A DNA stretch of 64,000 nucleotides, taken from contig OZ257142.1 in NCBI GenBank assembly GCA_965279035.1, positions 3,264,001-3,328,000 of the forward strand, read 5' to 3'. Made by a program: the position numbers and the translations under genes. The stretch is from Bacteroidia bacterium. GTDB taxonomy: Bacteria; Bacteroidota; Bacteroidia; M30B66. How positions within the stretch are numbered: the stretch's first letter is position 1; each line of letters opens with the position of its first letter. Below the pieces are notes generated by a model, which ran no database searches, was not told where the DNA came from, and saw only the letters and a list, made by a program, of their open reading frames with translations. This document shows positions 8,466-17,636 of this stretch, piece after piece.

Positions 8466-9587
8466 TTAGAAGATTTTCTCTAGAGTAGTTGAGATTTCTG
8501 TCATTGTACCTGTTACCGTTGGAACGAGTACTGCTCCATTGAATAACAATCCGCTACCTGCAGGAACAGTTACATTTACCACATTTCCATCATTGACAGC
8601 TGTGAAGCCCATTCCATTGTTGGCAGTGATATCTGCGGCGAGTCCAGCAGCTTCATCAGTTGTAGAGTCACCTCCAACTTTAGTGTAGCTTCCCATTGGG
8701 ATTTCAATTCCATTGAAACCAAGTTTCACTGTAATTGTATCTCCAGTAGCTCCTGCAGCTCCAATAATCACGAGAGCAGTTCCAGTGAATTCATCAGAAG
8801 TGTTGTCAAACCCGAAGCTCCATCCATTGTACATTGATGGGAAAACACCATTAACAACATTACCAGTTGAAGTTGCACTAACACCAGGTAAACCAAGTGC
8901 AGTAATTGCTGCGGCTAATCCAGCTGCAGCATCAACATCTGTTTCACCAGTTAGAGGAACATATCCACCAAGATCAACGATTGCACCGTTAAGGTTCAAT
9001 TGAGCCGTTGTTACAAGGCCAGGAGTTGAGCCAACAATTGCAATAGATCCAATACCACCAGAAATTACTCCTGTAGGAGCAAGTGGAACAGTAGCGCTAT
9101 AAAGAATCGTAGCAACACCATAACTTTTGATCATGATTTTACAACCGGAAACTTCGTCGCCACCTGCTTTTCCTGTACCAGTTTCAACACTGATATAAGC
9201 AGGATAAATACGATCGCCTAATTGAATTTTCTGGCCGTTAGCCGTTTCAACGATCCAAATCATTTCAACGTTCTGAGCCTTGCGAAGCATGGACAGAACT
9301 TCGGCGCGAATACCAGGAATAAAACCTTCAAAAGATTGTTCTTGATAGCGACCGTCAATTCCTCCTTTCATTGAAGACTTTAACTCACCAGATTCAAGTG
9401 AATTGTAAACACCGTAGAATCCTTTACCTGATTTAGGAATGTGAGCAGAAGAGATAGTAACTCCATCTGCACCTGGTACTTGAATAGTTGCGAGATCTCC
9501 TTTTGGAATTCCCCAAATTGTGGTACCAACACCAGGCATGTTATCGGCTCCATCTAAGGAGGCGATATCTGATAATACAACTGACAT
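8466..9587 (-). CDS. Virion structural protein, tail-tube-like N-terminus with a duplicated C-terminal domain
   Basis: Position after capsid; Gly/Thr/Ala-rich; two internal repeats (G.Y...G.T...AAGLAA.ITA...GNVVN). Confidence 0.6.
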   Translation of the reverse strand: MSVVLSDIASLDGADNMPGVGTTIWGIPKGDLATIQVPGADGVTISSAHIPKSGKGFYGVYNSLESGELKSSMKGGIDGRYQEQSFEGFIPGIRAEVLSMLRKAQNVEMIWIVETANGQKIQLGDRIYPAYISVETGTGKAGGDEVSGCKIMIKSYGVATILYSATVPLAPTGVISGGIGSIAIVGSTPGLVTTAQLNLNGAIVDLGGYVPLTGETDVDAAAGLAAAITALGLPGVSATSTGNVVNGVFPSMYNGWSFGFDNTSDEFTGTALVIIGAAGATGDTITVKLGFNGIEIPMGSYTKVGGDSTTDEAAGLAADITANNGMGFTAVNDGNVVNVTVPAGSGLLFNGAVLVPTVTGTMTEISTTLEKIF

Positions 9588-10018
9588 TATTTATCCTCCT
9601 CTTTTTTGAATAGACGTAAAACACCTGATTTAGTCTCAAGCAGCTCTTCAACTAGCTTGGGATCATTTTGCACATCATCGGCTGTTTTAACAAGGCCGTT
9701 GATTTTAAACTTCCGGAAGACAATTTGATACATCTCTTCACCATGTTCTACCACAGGAAGATCAGATGTTTTCGCTTTATCTTGTGTTGCAATTTTGCCA
9801 TTGAGTTGATCAATAAGCATATCACGCTCTGCAATCCCTGCTTGAAGGTCCTCAATTAAAACTGAGTTTTCAGAGTCCTTCAAACCATCAAGCTCTTTTT
9901 GAAGTTTTGCTTTTGCTTCTTGCAATTCTTCAATCTCAATTGATTGCTCAGTGATTTTTTCGTTTGCGGTTGCCAGGTCTTTTTCGAGCTGAGCAACCTT
10001 TTCTTCTAATTCTACCAT
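9587..10018 (-). CDS. Coiled-coil phage protein
   Basis: Heptad-rich N-terminus; coupled stop/start. Confidence 0.7.
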   Translation of the reverse strand: MVELEEKVAQLEKDLATANEKITEQSIEIEELQEAKAKLQKELDGLKDSENSVLIEDLQAGIAERDMLIDQLNGKIATQDKAKTSDLPVVEHGEEMYQIVFRKFKINGLVKTADDVQNDPKLVEELLETKSGVLRLFKKEEDK

Positions 10019-10027
10019 TTTACAGGA

Positions 10028-10936
10028 TTAGTTTTGGTCGTTTGTAAAAATGGCTTCTGAATCTGCATATTGGAAACCAATAGGCAGCATTACACGCACA
10101 TCAAGGAGATTCAAGCGAACTGTTGGATAGAATTCAACTGAATCTGTGTCCATTCCGCAGTGAAGATTATCACCTGCAGTTAAGATCAAACGTTGAGATG
10201 TTCCCATCCAGCTACGAGCTACGAGACGGCAATTAGTACCATCAAGGGTATATTCACCTTTTTCATTTTTATCGAAAGCAAAACCATTCAAATTACGATA
10301 GTGCTTGCGATACAATGCCAAAACAGCATGAGAGCAAAAAATCACTGACTCTGCTCCTTCTTCTTTCATCCAGCTTGGGGCTGAATCATACATCAATTCA
10401 ACTTTATCAACTGCATTACTTGAAGTGATTGCACCTGTTACGATTGGAACAATGTCAGTATCAGCATCAATCAAAGTTCCAATACCAGTTGCAATTGCAG
10501 CTGTAGTTGAACCAGATGCATTGTAAACACCATCCAAAACAACTTCATCATTGATTTTAGCCAAGTATTGTTTACTGATCTGATCAACGATGTATTGATA
10601 GAATGGAATCTTGTTCGGATCCAAACGACCTTCTTCAACTTGAGCTAGGTAGGTACCACGATACTTCTCAGGATCGATTGGGGGAAAATCCCACTTAGAT
10701 TGATAAACTGTCAATAATCGATCAGAAAACTTGATTGCATTACCTGCAGAATCAACTTGCTCACGATATGGACGAGGCCCCCCTACAATGCTCAATTTTG
10801 GCAAAGGAACGGGTATTTTTACGCGTGTCATCAAAACAAAATCTGTTTTGAAAGTGGCCACATTTACACGCTTGCGGAAGATTTTACCACCGAATTTTGA
10901 AATCGAGGTGGTTATCTCGGTGAGGTCTAATGCCAT
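10028..10936 (-). CDS. Putative major capsid protein
   Basis: 302 aa directly after the protease/scaffold gene; capsid-like composition and C-terminus. Confidence 0.72.
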   Translation of the reverse strand: MALDLTEITTSISKFGGKIFRKRVNVATFKTDFVLMTRVKIPVPLPKLSIVGGPRPYREQVDSAGNAIKFSDRLLTVYQSKWDFPPIDPEKYRGTYLAQVEEGRLDPNKIPFYQYIVDQISKQYLAKINDEVVLDGVYNASGSTTAAIATGIGTLIDADTDIVPIVTGAITSSNAVDKVELMYDSAPSWMKEEGAESVIFCSHAVLALYRKHYRNLNGFAFDKNEKGEYTLDGTNCRLVARSWMGTSQRLILTAGDNLHCGMDTDSVEFYPTVRLNLLDVRVMLPIGFQYADSEAIFTNDQN

Positions 10937-10938
10937 GT

Positions 10939-12243
10939 TTATTTAATTGAATTTTTAGCAAGTTCACGAGCTTCAAGATCAACAGAACTCAAACCTTCTT
11001 CAGGTTCTGGTTCATCGATTTTATCAGCAGCTTTTTTAATAGGTGAGTTTGATCCTGCACCAGGTTGATTCTGCAAATCAGCCAATGCTTTTGTAACAGT
11101 TGCAATGGTAGAATCGCGCTCTGTAACTGTTGCCTTAACAGTTTCCAATTCTTGGCTCAGCTGAGCATTCTGAGCAGCAATGCTGTTAAGCTTTGCCAGG
11201 TTTTCTTCAGTAGCATCGAACTCAAGAGTTTCCTGACCGGCTTCTGGTTTTAAACCCAGAATAGCGGCTAAGGCTGCAAGAGTCGCGCTGAACGAGATTT
11301 TCTTCATTTCGTCTTTAGCTTTTGGTTTGGTGGATTTGCTGCTTGGGTTTCCTGCAGCGAAGGAATTGATCACTTCGTCTAAAGTGGCAATGCTATCAAT
11401 CAAGCCTACCTTTAAAGCTTTTTCAGCCATAAAGAGCGCTCCTTTCATGGGATCGCCGGCTTTATAATTCAGTTTTTCTCCTCTATTTTTCTCCACATTG
11501 GCAATGAATTCATCGGCAATTGGATCAAGAATTTCGGTTATAAGCAATTCATCTTTGCCATCAAGAGCTTCACGAACTGGAAGATTTTTCTCTGAAGAGC
11601 GGGAAGAGTAGATACTACGAATTGAGATTCCCTCCTTTTCCTTCATGTATTTTTCAACGTCCATGATCTGGACGAATACACCAATTGAACCTATGCTATC
11701 AGTTTTGGAAGAGGAAACAATTTCAGTGCTTCCAGAAATTGCCCAATAAGCAGCACTAGCTGCCATTCCTGAACTGATAAAAGCTTTGATTGGCTTTTCT
11801 TTAGCAAAATCCTCAATTTCCTGAGAAAGCGTTGAAGTTCCATCGACTTGGCCACCTGGTGAATCGGTTACCATTATAGCGCCAATGATGTTTTCAGAAA
11901 GTCGAGCCTGGCGGATCCAACTTGAAATAGTTTCGGTACCAACAGGACCACAAAACTGATCTTCTTTTAAAAGCGTGCCTTTTAGTGGAATGATTGCAAC
12001 TGAACCATTAGGAGCATCATCAAATCGATTTCCTGATTGTGATGCTGCAGCAGAGATAATAGATGAGCCGGAAATCCCTGCTCCTATTACAGCAAATCTT
12101 GGTTGAAATGCAGCTTTATCGAAAGCCTGTAGCTCTTTCCCAGATAACAGATCTTCAATGAGTCTGATTTGAGATTGGGCGAATGATGGTTCAACCATCC
12201 AAAGGCCGCGGGAAAGTGCATGAAAAAGGGAAATCCGGCTCAT
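10939..12243 (-). CDS. S49 family prohead protease with C-terminal scaffold
   Basis: DSPGG, AASAAYWA and GSIGV motifs; coiled-coil tail after an internal Met (MKKISF). Confidence 0.92.
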   Translation of the reverse strand: MSRISLFHALSRGLWMVEPSFAQSQIRLIEDLLSGKELQAFDKAAFQPRFAVIGAGISGSSIISAAASQSGNRFDDAPNGSVAIIPLKGTLLKEDQFCGPVGTETISSWIRQARLSENIIGAIMVTDSPGGQVDGTSTLSQEIEDFAKEKPIKAFISSGMAASAAYWAISGSTEIVSSSKTDSIGSIGVFVQIMDVEKYMKEKEGISIRSIYSSRSSEKNLPVREALDGKDELLITEILDPIADEFIANVEKNRGEKLNYKAGDPMKGALFMAEKALKVGLIDSIATLDEVINSFAAGNPSSKSTKPKAKDEMKKISFSATLAALAAILGLKPEAGQETLEFDATEENLAKLNSIAAQNAQLSQELETVKATVTERDSTIATVTKALADLQNQPGAGSNSPIKKAADKIDEPEPEEGLSSVDLEARELAKNSIK

Positions 12244-12262
12244 TCTAATAGAAAGGAGGATA

Positions 12263-12297
12263 CAATAATCCCCTTACTATTTGGCTCTAGAAAGGAC
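12263..12297 (-). promoter_or_regulatory. Putative late promoter GTCCTTT-N20-GATTATTG
   Basis: Third copy of the motif, upstream of the protease-capsid operon. Confidence 0.65.
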
Positions 12298-12298
12298 G

Positions 12299-12799
12299 TT
12301 ATTCTTCTGTTACTAAACAGAAAGCTGCTGGATCTTTAGAGGTTTGAATGATAGAAAGCTCATATTGATTTCTATCATCAGGCGTTGGACCATTCGACCT
12401 GTTGAACATTAATACTGCAGGTTCGGTCTTACTTCCGAATACAATCGCATTCTCATTTCTATCAATCAATAGTACAACCGCTCTTTTGTTGTTCCAGGCG
12501 CGAAGTGTTTTAAAAACTTCAAGGCGATCTTTTGAAACAATTCCAGAGATAGACTTCTTGAATGCATCATCTCCTGCAACCATAACAGCATCCTCTTTAA
12601 AAATAAGTGTGTCCATGGTAAATTCGATTTTCTTAAAAATCGAAAGGTGAACAAGGGTATCAGAAATTGAACTTGTATCAAAGTGAGATACAAAATCATC
12701 TTTGATTGTTAAAGCTGGAGCTTCATCAGGTGATACCAAGTAAAGCGTGCGAATAAAGCCGCTGAAGTTATCAAGTCCTTCGTGAATGATATCGTTCAT
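12299..12799 (-). CDS. Phage protein, possible distant paralog of the tube-like domain of 8466-9587
   Basis: Similar pattern (DN..G...L....; VVLLIDRNENAIVFGS vs IWIVETANGQKIQLGD). Confidence 0.55.
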   Translation of the reverse strand: MNDIIHEGLDNFSGFIRTLYLVSPDEAPALTIKDDFVSHFDTSSISDTLVHLSIFKKIEFTMDTLIFKEDAVMVAGDDAFKKSISGIVSKDRLEVFKTLRAWNNKRAVVLLIDRNENAIVFGSKTEPAVLMFNRSNGPTPDDRNQYELSIIQTSKDPAAFCLVTEE

Positions 12800-12838
12800 A
12801 ATTGATATTCAATTGTTTGGAGTGTTTCAGTATCACTC

Positions 12839-12878
12839 AGTGACAACTAGTGACAGTTAGTGACAAGTAGTAACAAAA
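12839..12878. repeat. Four direct repeats of AGT(G/A)ACA with a 10-bp period
   Basis: AGTGACAACT AGTGACAGTT AGTGACAAGT AGTAACAAAA. Confidence 0.85.
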
Positions 12879-12888
12879 GTGCCTGAAA

Positions 12889-13308
12889 TTATTTTTGTTT
12901 TTTTCGGTAACGGAAATAGGCTTGTTTCCACATCTCATAATCAGTAACCAGAGTTAAATTGTATCGTTCCATGAAAGCAAGAATACAGAGTTTTAATTCT
13001 CCCTTGCGTTGAAGTGTAACAGTTAGGTGCATGAAAAGTAGATCCTTCAGATGGCCATTGATAATGTCCTGAGCATACTTTCTGCTTTTTTCAGAAATAA
13101 AGATTCGATTATCATTTACAAATTGATCTGGTAATGTGACTAAAACACCAGTAGGATTGTCAATAAGTATTTCACCTGGTCCAGGTTGTTTGAATTGAGA
13201 AAATATAAATAGTGAAACCTTATCGCTCTGTTTGAAAGTTAAATTATCACGATAAACTTCACGCAAGTATGCATCGGCAACGGGGCCAAATGATATTCTG
13301 ATTTTCAT
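12889..13308 (-). CDS. Phage protein, candidate late transcription regulator
   Basis: Sits at the early/late junction; basic C-terminus YFRYRKKQK. Confidence 0.5.
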   Translation of the reverse strand: MKIRISFGPVADAYLREVYRDNLTFKQSDKVSLFIFSQFKQPGPGEILIDNPTGVLVTLPDQFVNDNRIFISEKSRKYAQDIINGHLKDLLFMHLTVTLQRKGELKLCILAFMERYNLTLVTDYEMWKQAYFRYRKKQK

Positions 13309-13391
13309 CCAATAAGGTTAGTAGGTTGTCTTAAGGTGAAAACTAAATTACGAGCTGTGACAACTATTATTTACAAAAGAAAATATAATTG

Positions 13392-13733
13392 TCAACAAGA
13401 ACGAATAAATCTATCATTATCGCCGTTGAATAATTGATTATAAAAAAGCCAAAGGTAAGGCTCTGACTCTGCGAGAGCTGCAAGATTAATTCCATTGGCC
13501 ATTATTCTTAAAGCTGCAAGCTCGTGGGGTTTTAATGAAATTTTTTTATCCTTAAATTTATTAGCAAATTGTAATCTATAAAATCTTAGATTAAGAGAAT
13601 TCAAACTTGCTTCTGTTAAAATTTTAACTTCTGGAATTCTAATTAATGAAATATCGAAATTTACAATCAATGAATAGATTCTATTTGCTTGATTTAGATT
13701 ATTTATTGTAATATAAAGTTTCGGATTTTTCAT
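13392..13733 (-). CDS. Hypothetical protein
   Basis: ATGA overlap with the upstream ORF. Confidence 0.6.
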   Translation of the reverse strand: MKNPKLYITINNLNQANRIYSLIVNFDISLIRIPEVKILTEASLNSLNLRFYRLQFANKFKDKKISLKPHELAALRIMANGINLAALAESEPYLWLFYNQLFNGDNDRFIRSC

Positions 13734-14713
13734 AAAACCTTATTCATAATTTTATCAAAATCTGACTTAGATAATCTTGTGAATGTTGATTTAATAATGT
13801 TATTTTCATAACCAATAAAAATTCCATTTCCAAGTTGTTTTAAATCAAAATATCTTACTTTAAAATCTCTTAAAACATTAAAGGCACTTGGAATTAATTT
13901 AATAAACCTATCATCTTCAGTATCTCTTGTTATTATTACAAAATTTACAGAGGTTTTATTTTCATCTGTTTTAAACAAAATAATATCACCATAAACTCTC
14001 TCGTTTTCTTTATTTGTATAAGAAAAAACAATATCATTTTTAATCTTAAAATATTGAATATTCTTCATATTTGTTTCTTTATAATCCGTTTCAACCATCC
14101 AATAATCATTTAGAAATTCAGAATTATGAATGGCTAATTTATTTACATAAAAATTAATGGATTCAGAATAATCTTTTTGAATTTTCGCATTCTCAGTAAA
14201 TAGTTTTTCATAATTATTTCTAAATTCGGTTTCGCGACCAATTGCAGCAACATATTCACTTTTTCGTTTATCAAGAATTTTACGATCCTCAAGCATTACT
14301 TCAATTGGTATAACCAAGCCCTTATCTTTAATATTTTTAGCAATTCTATTATCTCTCAAAAACTTAGCATGTTCAAAAATATAGCCTCTATAACCAATAA
14401 GAATGTATGGGAAGATCACAAATTGATAAAGTGAAGCAATTACAAATGGAAAAAAATATAATCTGCCAAATCCATTATAATTAAGCGCTTCAAACACATA
14501 AGCTATTCTTGAACTACAGCCGCATTTAACAATAAAATAATCACTTTCAATAAATAATGCAGCTATAACATTCCAATTAAGAAATACCCATGATATAAGA
14601 AGAGTTGAAAAAAATGGGTTTTTGAATCTATCTTTCAAATCAATAAAAAAGTCTTTCATATTATACATTTTAGCAATAATAAGTAAATTTTGAACGTAGC
14701 TTGAAAAATTCAA
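13730..14713 (-). CDS. AT-rich membrane protein (2 N-terminal TM segments plus coiled coil)
   Basis: KNPFFSTLLISWVFLNW motif and hydrophobic segments; very low GC. Confidence 0.7.
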   Translation of the reverse strand: MNFSSYVQNLLIIAKMYNMKDFFIDLKDRFKNPFFSTLLISWVFLNWNVIAALFIESDYFIVKCGCSSRIAYVFEALNYNGFGRLYFFPFVIASLYQFVIFPYILIGYRGYIFEHAKFLRDNRIAKNIKDKGLVIPIEVMLEDRKILDKRKSEYVAAIGRETEFRNNYEKLFTENAKIQKDYSESINFYVNKLAIHNSEFLNDYWMVETDYKETNMKNIQYFKIKNDIVFSYTNKENERVYGDIILFKTDENKTSVNFVIITRDTEDDRFIKLIPSAFNVLRDFKVRYFDLKQLGNGIFIGYENNIIKSTFTRLSKSDFDKIMNKVL

Positions 14714-14728
14714 TACTCAATTAACTAA

Positions 14729-15154
14729 TCAATTATTCTGAGTTGTATCCGTTGTATGCCCTCCTTCAGTATGATCTGCATCAATTTTACTATCTAGTAG
14801 CTCTGACATTTCCATCAGAGATAAAGAAAGGTGTGTTGATGTTTCTGCAAGCATTCGCATCATATTCGAAGTATTTTGAACTTTGAATATTTGAGCATTT
14901 CTTTTACCTCCAAAATCCTCTTGTAATCGCGCTTTAATTTTAATTTGTTCACCATCAAATTTAGCGCATGAATATGAGGGCGAAAGAGAAAGTAAATATT
15001 CTGTAAATCGAGGCTCATGTAATACTATACATCCAGCTATATCATGCTTTTCAAGGACCTTTTTAATTTCGGCCATTGCTTTTTTTAGTTTAGGAGAATA
15101 TTGCATTTGTTTGTTTTTAGTTGTTTTAATATTAGAAAATATACGATATTTCAT
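14729..15154 (-). CDS. Phage hypothetical protein
   Basis: ORF; likely start MQYSPKLK. Confidence 0.65.
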   Translation of the reverse strand: MKYRIFSNIKTTKNKQMQYSPKLKKAMAEIKKVLEKHDIAGCIVLHEPRFTEYLLSLSPSYSCAKFDGEQIKIKARLQEDFGGKRNAQIFKVQNTSNMMRMLAETSTHLSLSLMEMSELLDSKIDADHTEGGHTTDTTQNN

Positions 15155-15169
15155 TACGTATATTTGTCA

Positions 15170-15430
15170 TTAAAGGGCATTAAACTCAGCAACAGTAGTA
15201 TCTCGTCCTTTTATAATTTCTTCCTTTAAATACGATACTAACACATCACTTAAAACCATTGGTATTGGTTGTTGTTCCCTACCATCTGGACCATCAAACT
15301 CAATGATTAGTCTTGGATTTGTTGAAGCGCCACCATACTCTTTTTCCCACTCAAAGCATCTCAATGTTTGTTGATATTCTTTGATCATTTTATTAAGCTC
15401 ATTGGCTTTTTCTAAAGTAGTTACATCCAT
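15170..15430 (-). CDS. Phage hypothetical protein
   Basis: Likely start MDVTTLEKAN immediately after the upstream stop. Confidence 0.6.
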   Translation of the reverse strand: MDVTTLEKANELNKMIKEYQQTLRCFEWEKEYGGASTNPRLIIEFDGPDGREQQPIPMVLSDVLVSYLKEEIIKGRDTTVAEFNAL

Positions 15431-15431
15431 T

Positions 15432-15692
15432 TTAGTTGTATTTAGATTGATTAATTTGTTGAATTCCATCCCTGATATCAAGGATTAACTTTCTTGTTTC
15501 ATTTGGTAGCATTAGAAATTTATCCATTGGTAATTCAACCAAGTTTAAATCGATATTAAATTCATTTATTGCTTTACAATAGAAACAAATTGAAATATCA
15601 CCAGCCTTCGGAGTTTTATCGTTTAAAACATCAGTAACACCATCAACTAATCTTTTACATTTTGGGCAGATACTATGTAAATAATGGCTCAT
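15432..15692 (-). CDS. Small Zn-finger protein
   Basis: CPKC...CFYC; ATGA overlap. Confidence 0.65.
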   Translation of the reverse strand: MSHYLHSICPKCKRLVDGVTDVLNDKTPKAGDISICFYCKAINEFNIDLNLVELPMDKFLMLPNETRKLILDIRDGIQQINQSKYN

Positions 15693-16072
15693 GCTGCAGG
15701 TTGTTTTTCGATGAGTGAAAGCAGATGCTGAGCATAGTTTTGAATTCCCTCTGGAAGCTTGTTTAGCCGAACACGATTCCCTTGGAATTTCAAAATCTCA
15801 CAGTGTGGATATGGGCGGCGATTATCATAGAGAATCGCTTGTTGAATCATTCCCAAATTATCTTCTAGGTAATTGAGAAGATCTTGAAGCTGCTCTAGCA
15901 CATTCTCGGATGTTTGCTCGTCAACTCGGAAATCACCACGAATTGTTTGAGGATTACTCAACCGGCGCTCTGCCCAGCGATGCCAGCAGATTCGAACAGT
16001 GAACCAAGCAATGTCTCTGTTTTTCTTGGTTTTGGCTTTTACAGCAGTTGTAAATTCAGTTTGTTGTTTCAT
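15689..16072 (-). CDS. Phage hypothetical protein
   Basis: 127-aa ORF in operon. Confidence 0.65.
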   Translation of the reverse strand: MKQQTEFTTAVKAKTKKNRDIAWFTVRICWHRWAERRLSNPQTIRGDFRVDEQTSENVLEQLQDLLNYLEDNLGMIQQAILYDNRRPYPHCEILKFQGNRVRLNKLPEGIQNYAQHLLSLIEKQPAA

Positions 16073-16176
16073 TTGATTATCAAAGGGTTACGAATTGTTA
16101 ACAGTTCTGAAAGGCGCGCCGCCATTGGATTTGTCAATAAAAAAAGTTTTCAACAGCCCGTTAGTGCTAAGAAGTA

Positions 16177-16208
16177 AGCTTATTAGCTTATTTAGCTTAT
16201 TAGCTTAT
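16177..16208. repeat. Four AGCTTAT direct repeats (iteron-like)
   Basis: AGCTTAT-T-AGCTTAT-TT-AGCTTAT-T-AGCTTAT in the gap downstream of the HTH replication gene. Confidence 0.8.
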
Positions 16209-16273
16209 ATCTAACACTCATCCTGAACATTGCTTGTATCTTCCTATGGGTTGGTGCAAATATTTTCGATTCA

Positions 16274-17089
16274 TTAGAAGGCAGGGCAAATGCGGTCGCA
16301 CAAACGCAGGAAGGTTCGGTTCTTTTTTCTGTTGAAGTTGACGGTACCACAACTCATTTTACGGGCTCGATGTGGGCTCTCAAATGAACGTTTCTCGATA
16401 GAGACAACTCCGAGCTTAGCCAATATTTTCTTTCGATAAGATGGCCCAGAAAGGCTATTCTCGCCATAGCCAAAGAACTTCCTGAGGTAATTGACGCTTA
16501 CTTGATCGTCTGGATTAAGATGAGATAGGGTTGTTACTTCTCCTTCGTTGTAACCGCCACGAACAAAACTCTGAATAACACCCGCAAGATGCTCTTGCGC
16601 AGTGATGGATTGTTTTGAATCAATCCCAAGGATATTTTTCAGTGCAAATTCATGACCCGCATCATCTCTTAATTTTAAGCGATAAGTAGTCATCATTTTC
16701 AATTGGACTTCTTTTATGGCCAGGAACTGGAATATATAGTCCAGTTTGCATTTGATTTTGTCAGCATCATAGTACCAGAATTTTTTACGTGTTTTATCTA
16801 AATCGAATTTGTCAAAGACAAAATCCCAACTACTTAGAATTAAATCAGAACCTTCGATTTTAACGAGACCAGCCAGCTTCATTTCACTGATCCTGGTCTC
16901 TAATGTTCGTGTTGAAATTTTGCAAGCTTCAGCTAGTTCAGAAAGATTCTTGCGGTATGCATTAAATCGTGACGAACTGTCTAGAGATTTAAGTTGAGAA
17001 AAGCATGCAAAAACCCGAATATATCCACGGTGATTCGCAATGGCAGAAGCCAAACCACGGGGTATTTTTATTTTCGGATTTTTTTTCAT
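16274..17089 (-). CDS. Winged-HTH protein, putative replication initiator
   Basis: LSELAEACKISTRTLETRISEMKLAGLV wHTH; very basic; adjacent iteron-like repeats. Confidence 0.6.
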   Translation of the reverse strand: MKKNPKIKIPRGLASAIANHRGYIRVFACFSQLKSLDSSSRFNAYRKNLSELAEACKISTRTLETRISEMKLAGLVKIEGSDLILSSWDFVFDKFDLDKTRKKFWYYDADKIKCKLDYIFQFLAIKEVQLKMMTTYRLKLRDDAGHEFALKNILGIDSKQSITAQEHLAGVIQSFVRGGYNEGEVTTLSHLNPDDQVSVNYLRKFFGYGENSLSGPSYRKKILAKLGVVSIEKRSFESPHRARKMSCGTVNFNRKKNRTFLRLCDRICPAF

Positions 17090-17244
17090 TTTTCCTTAAA
17101 ATAAATTTGGTCGGAAACTGAATTTCATACTATATTTACTTGCCCAAAAACTATTCGCAACACAAATGCATTGCGGGGCAAAAAGAAAAATAACACCCAT
17201 AACGGGCGAAGCATCTAAGAGCCTCGTCAGAGTTATTCTTTCCA

Positions 17245-17475
17245 TCAGATTTGTTTTATGAAGTCTTGGCCGCGAATAGAATCAAAGAGCTCGTCTCGTT
17301 GATTTAAAAGTCTTTTGCGTTGATTGATCAATTCATCAAACTGAATTGATTTGGGGGCCTCTGGAAGTATCTGATCAATTAATGTGATTTTATTTTTCAC
17401 ACAACCGAGGATATCATTTATCTCTTGTGCAGAACAATTAATGTGATAATCGCCCTTATTGCTTGTTATCCTCAT
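17245..17475 (-). CDS. Phage hypothetical protein (start MRITSN)
   Basis: ATGA coupling at 17472-17475. Confidence 0.6.
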   Translation of the reverse strand: MRITSNKGDYHINCSAQEINDILGCVKNKITLIDQILPEAPKSIQFDELINQRKRLLNQRDELFDSIRGQDFIKQI

Positions 17476-17636
17476 GGCTTTAACCTTTTTAGAAGCGAAA
17501 CAATAATTGCCAGGACAACAAGTGGCCAGACTATGCAAACGATGGCGATAGAAAAAACAAAATTGTTTTTACCACACAGAAAATAGGATGCAATTAATAG
17601 CGTCAATAAATCGAGATATGAACTAATCCAATTCAT
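17472..17636 (-). CDS. 54-aa membrane protein (not in the ORF track)
   Basis: MNWISSYLDLLTLLIASYFLCGKNNFVFSIAIVCIVWPLVVLAIIVSLLKRLKP; ATGA overlaps at both ends. Confidence 0.65.
   Translation of the reverse strand: MNWISSYLDLLTLLIASYFLCGKNNFVFSIAIVCIVWPLVVLAIIVSLLKRLKP

Noticed and set aside
17096-17245. 49-codon minus-strand ORF coupled by a TGATG overlap
   Set aside because: No recognisable features; may just be the upstream region of the replication gene
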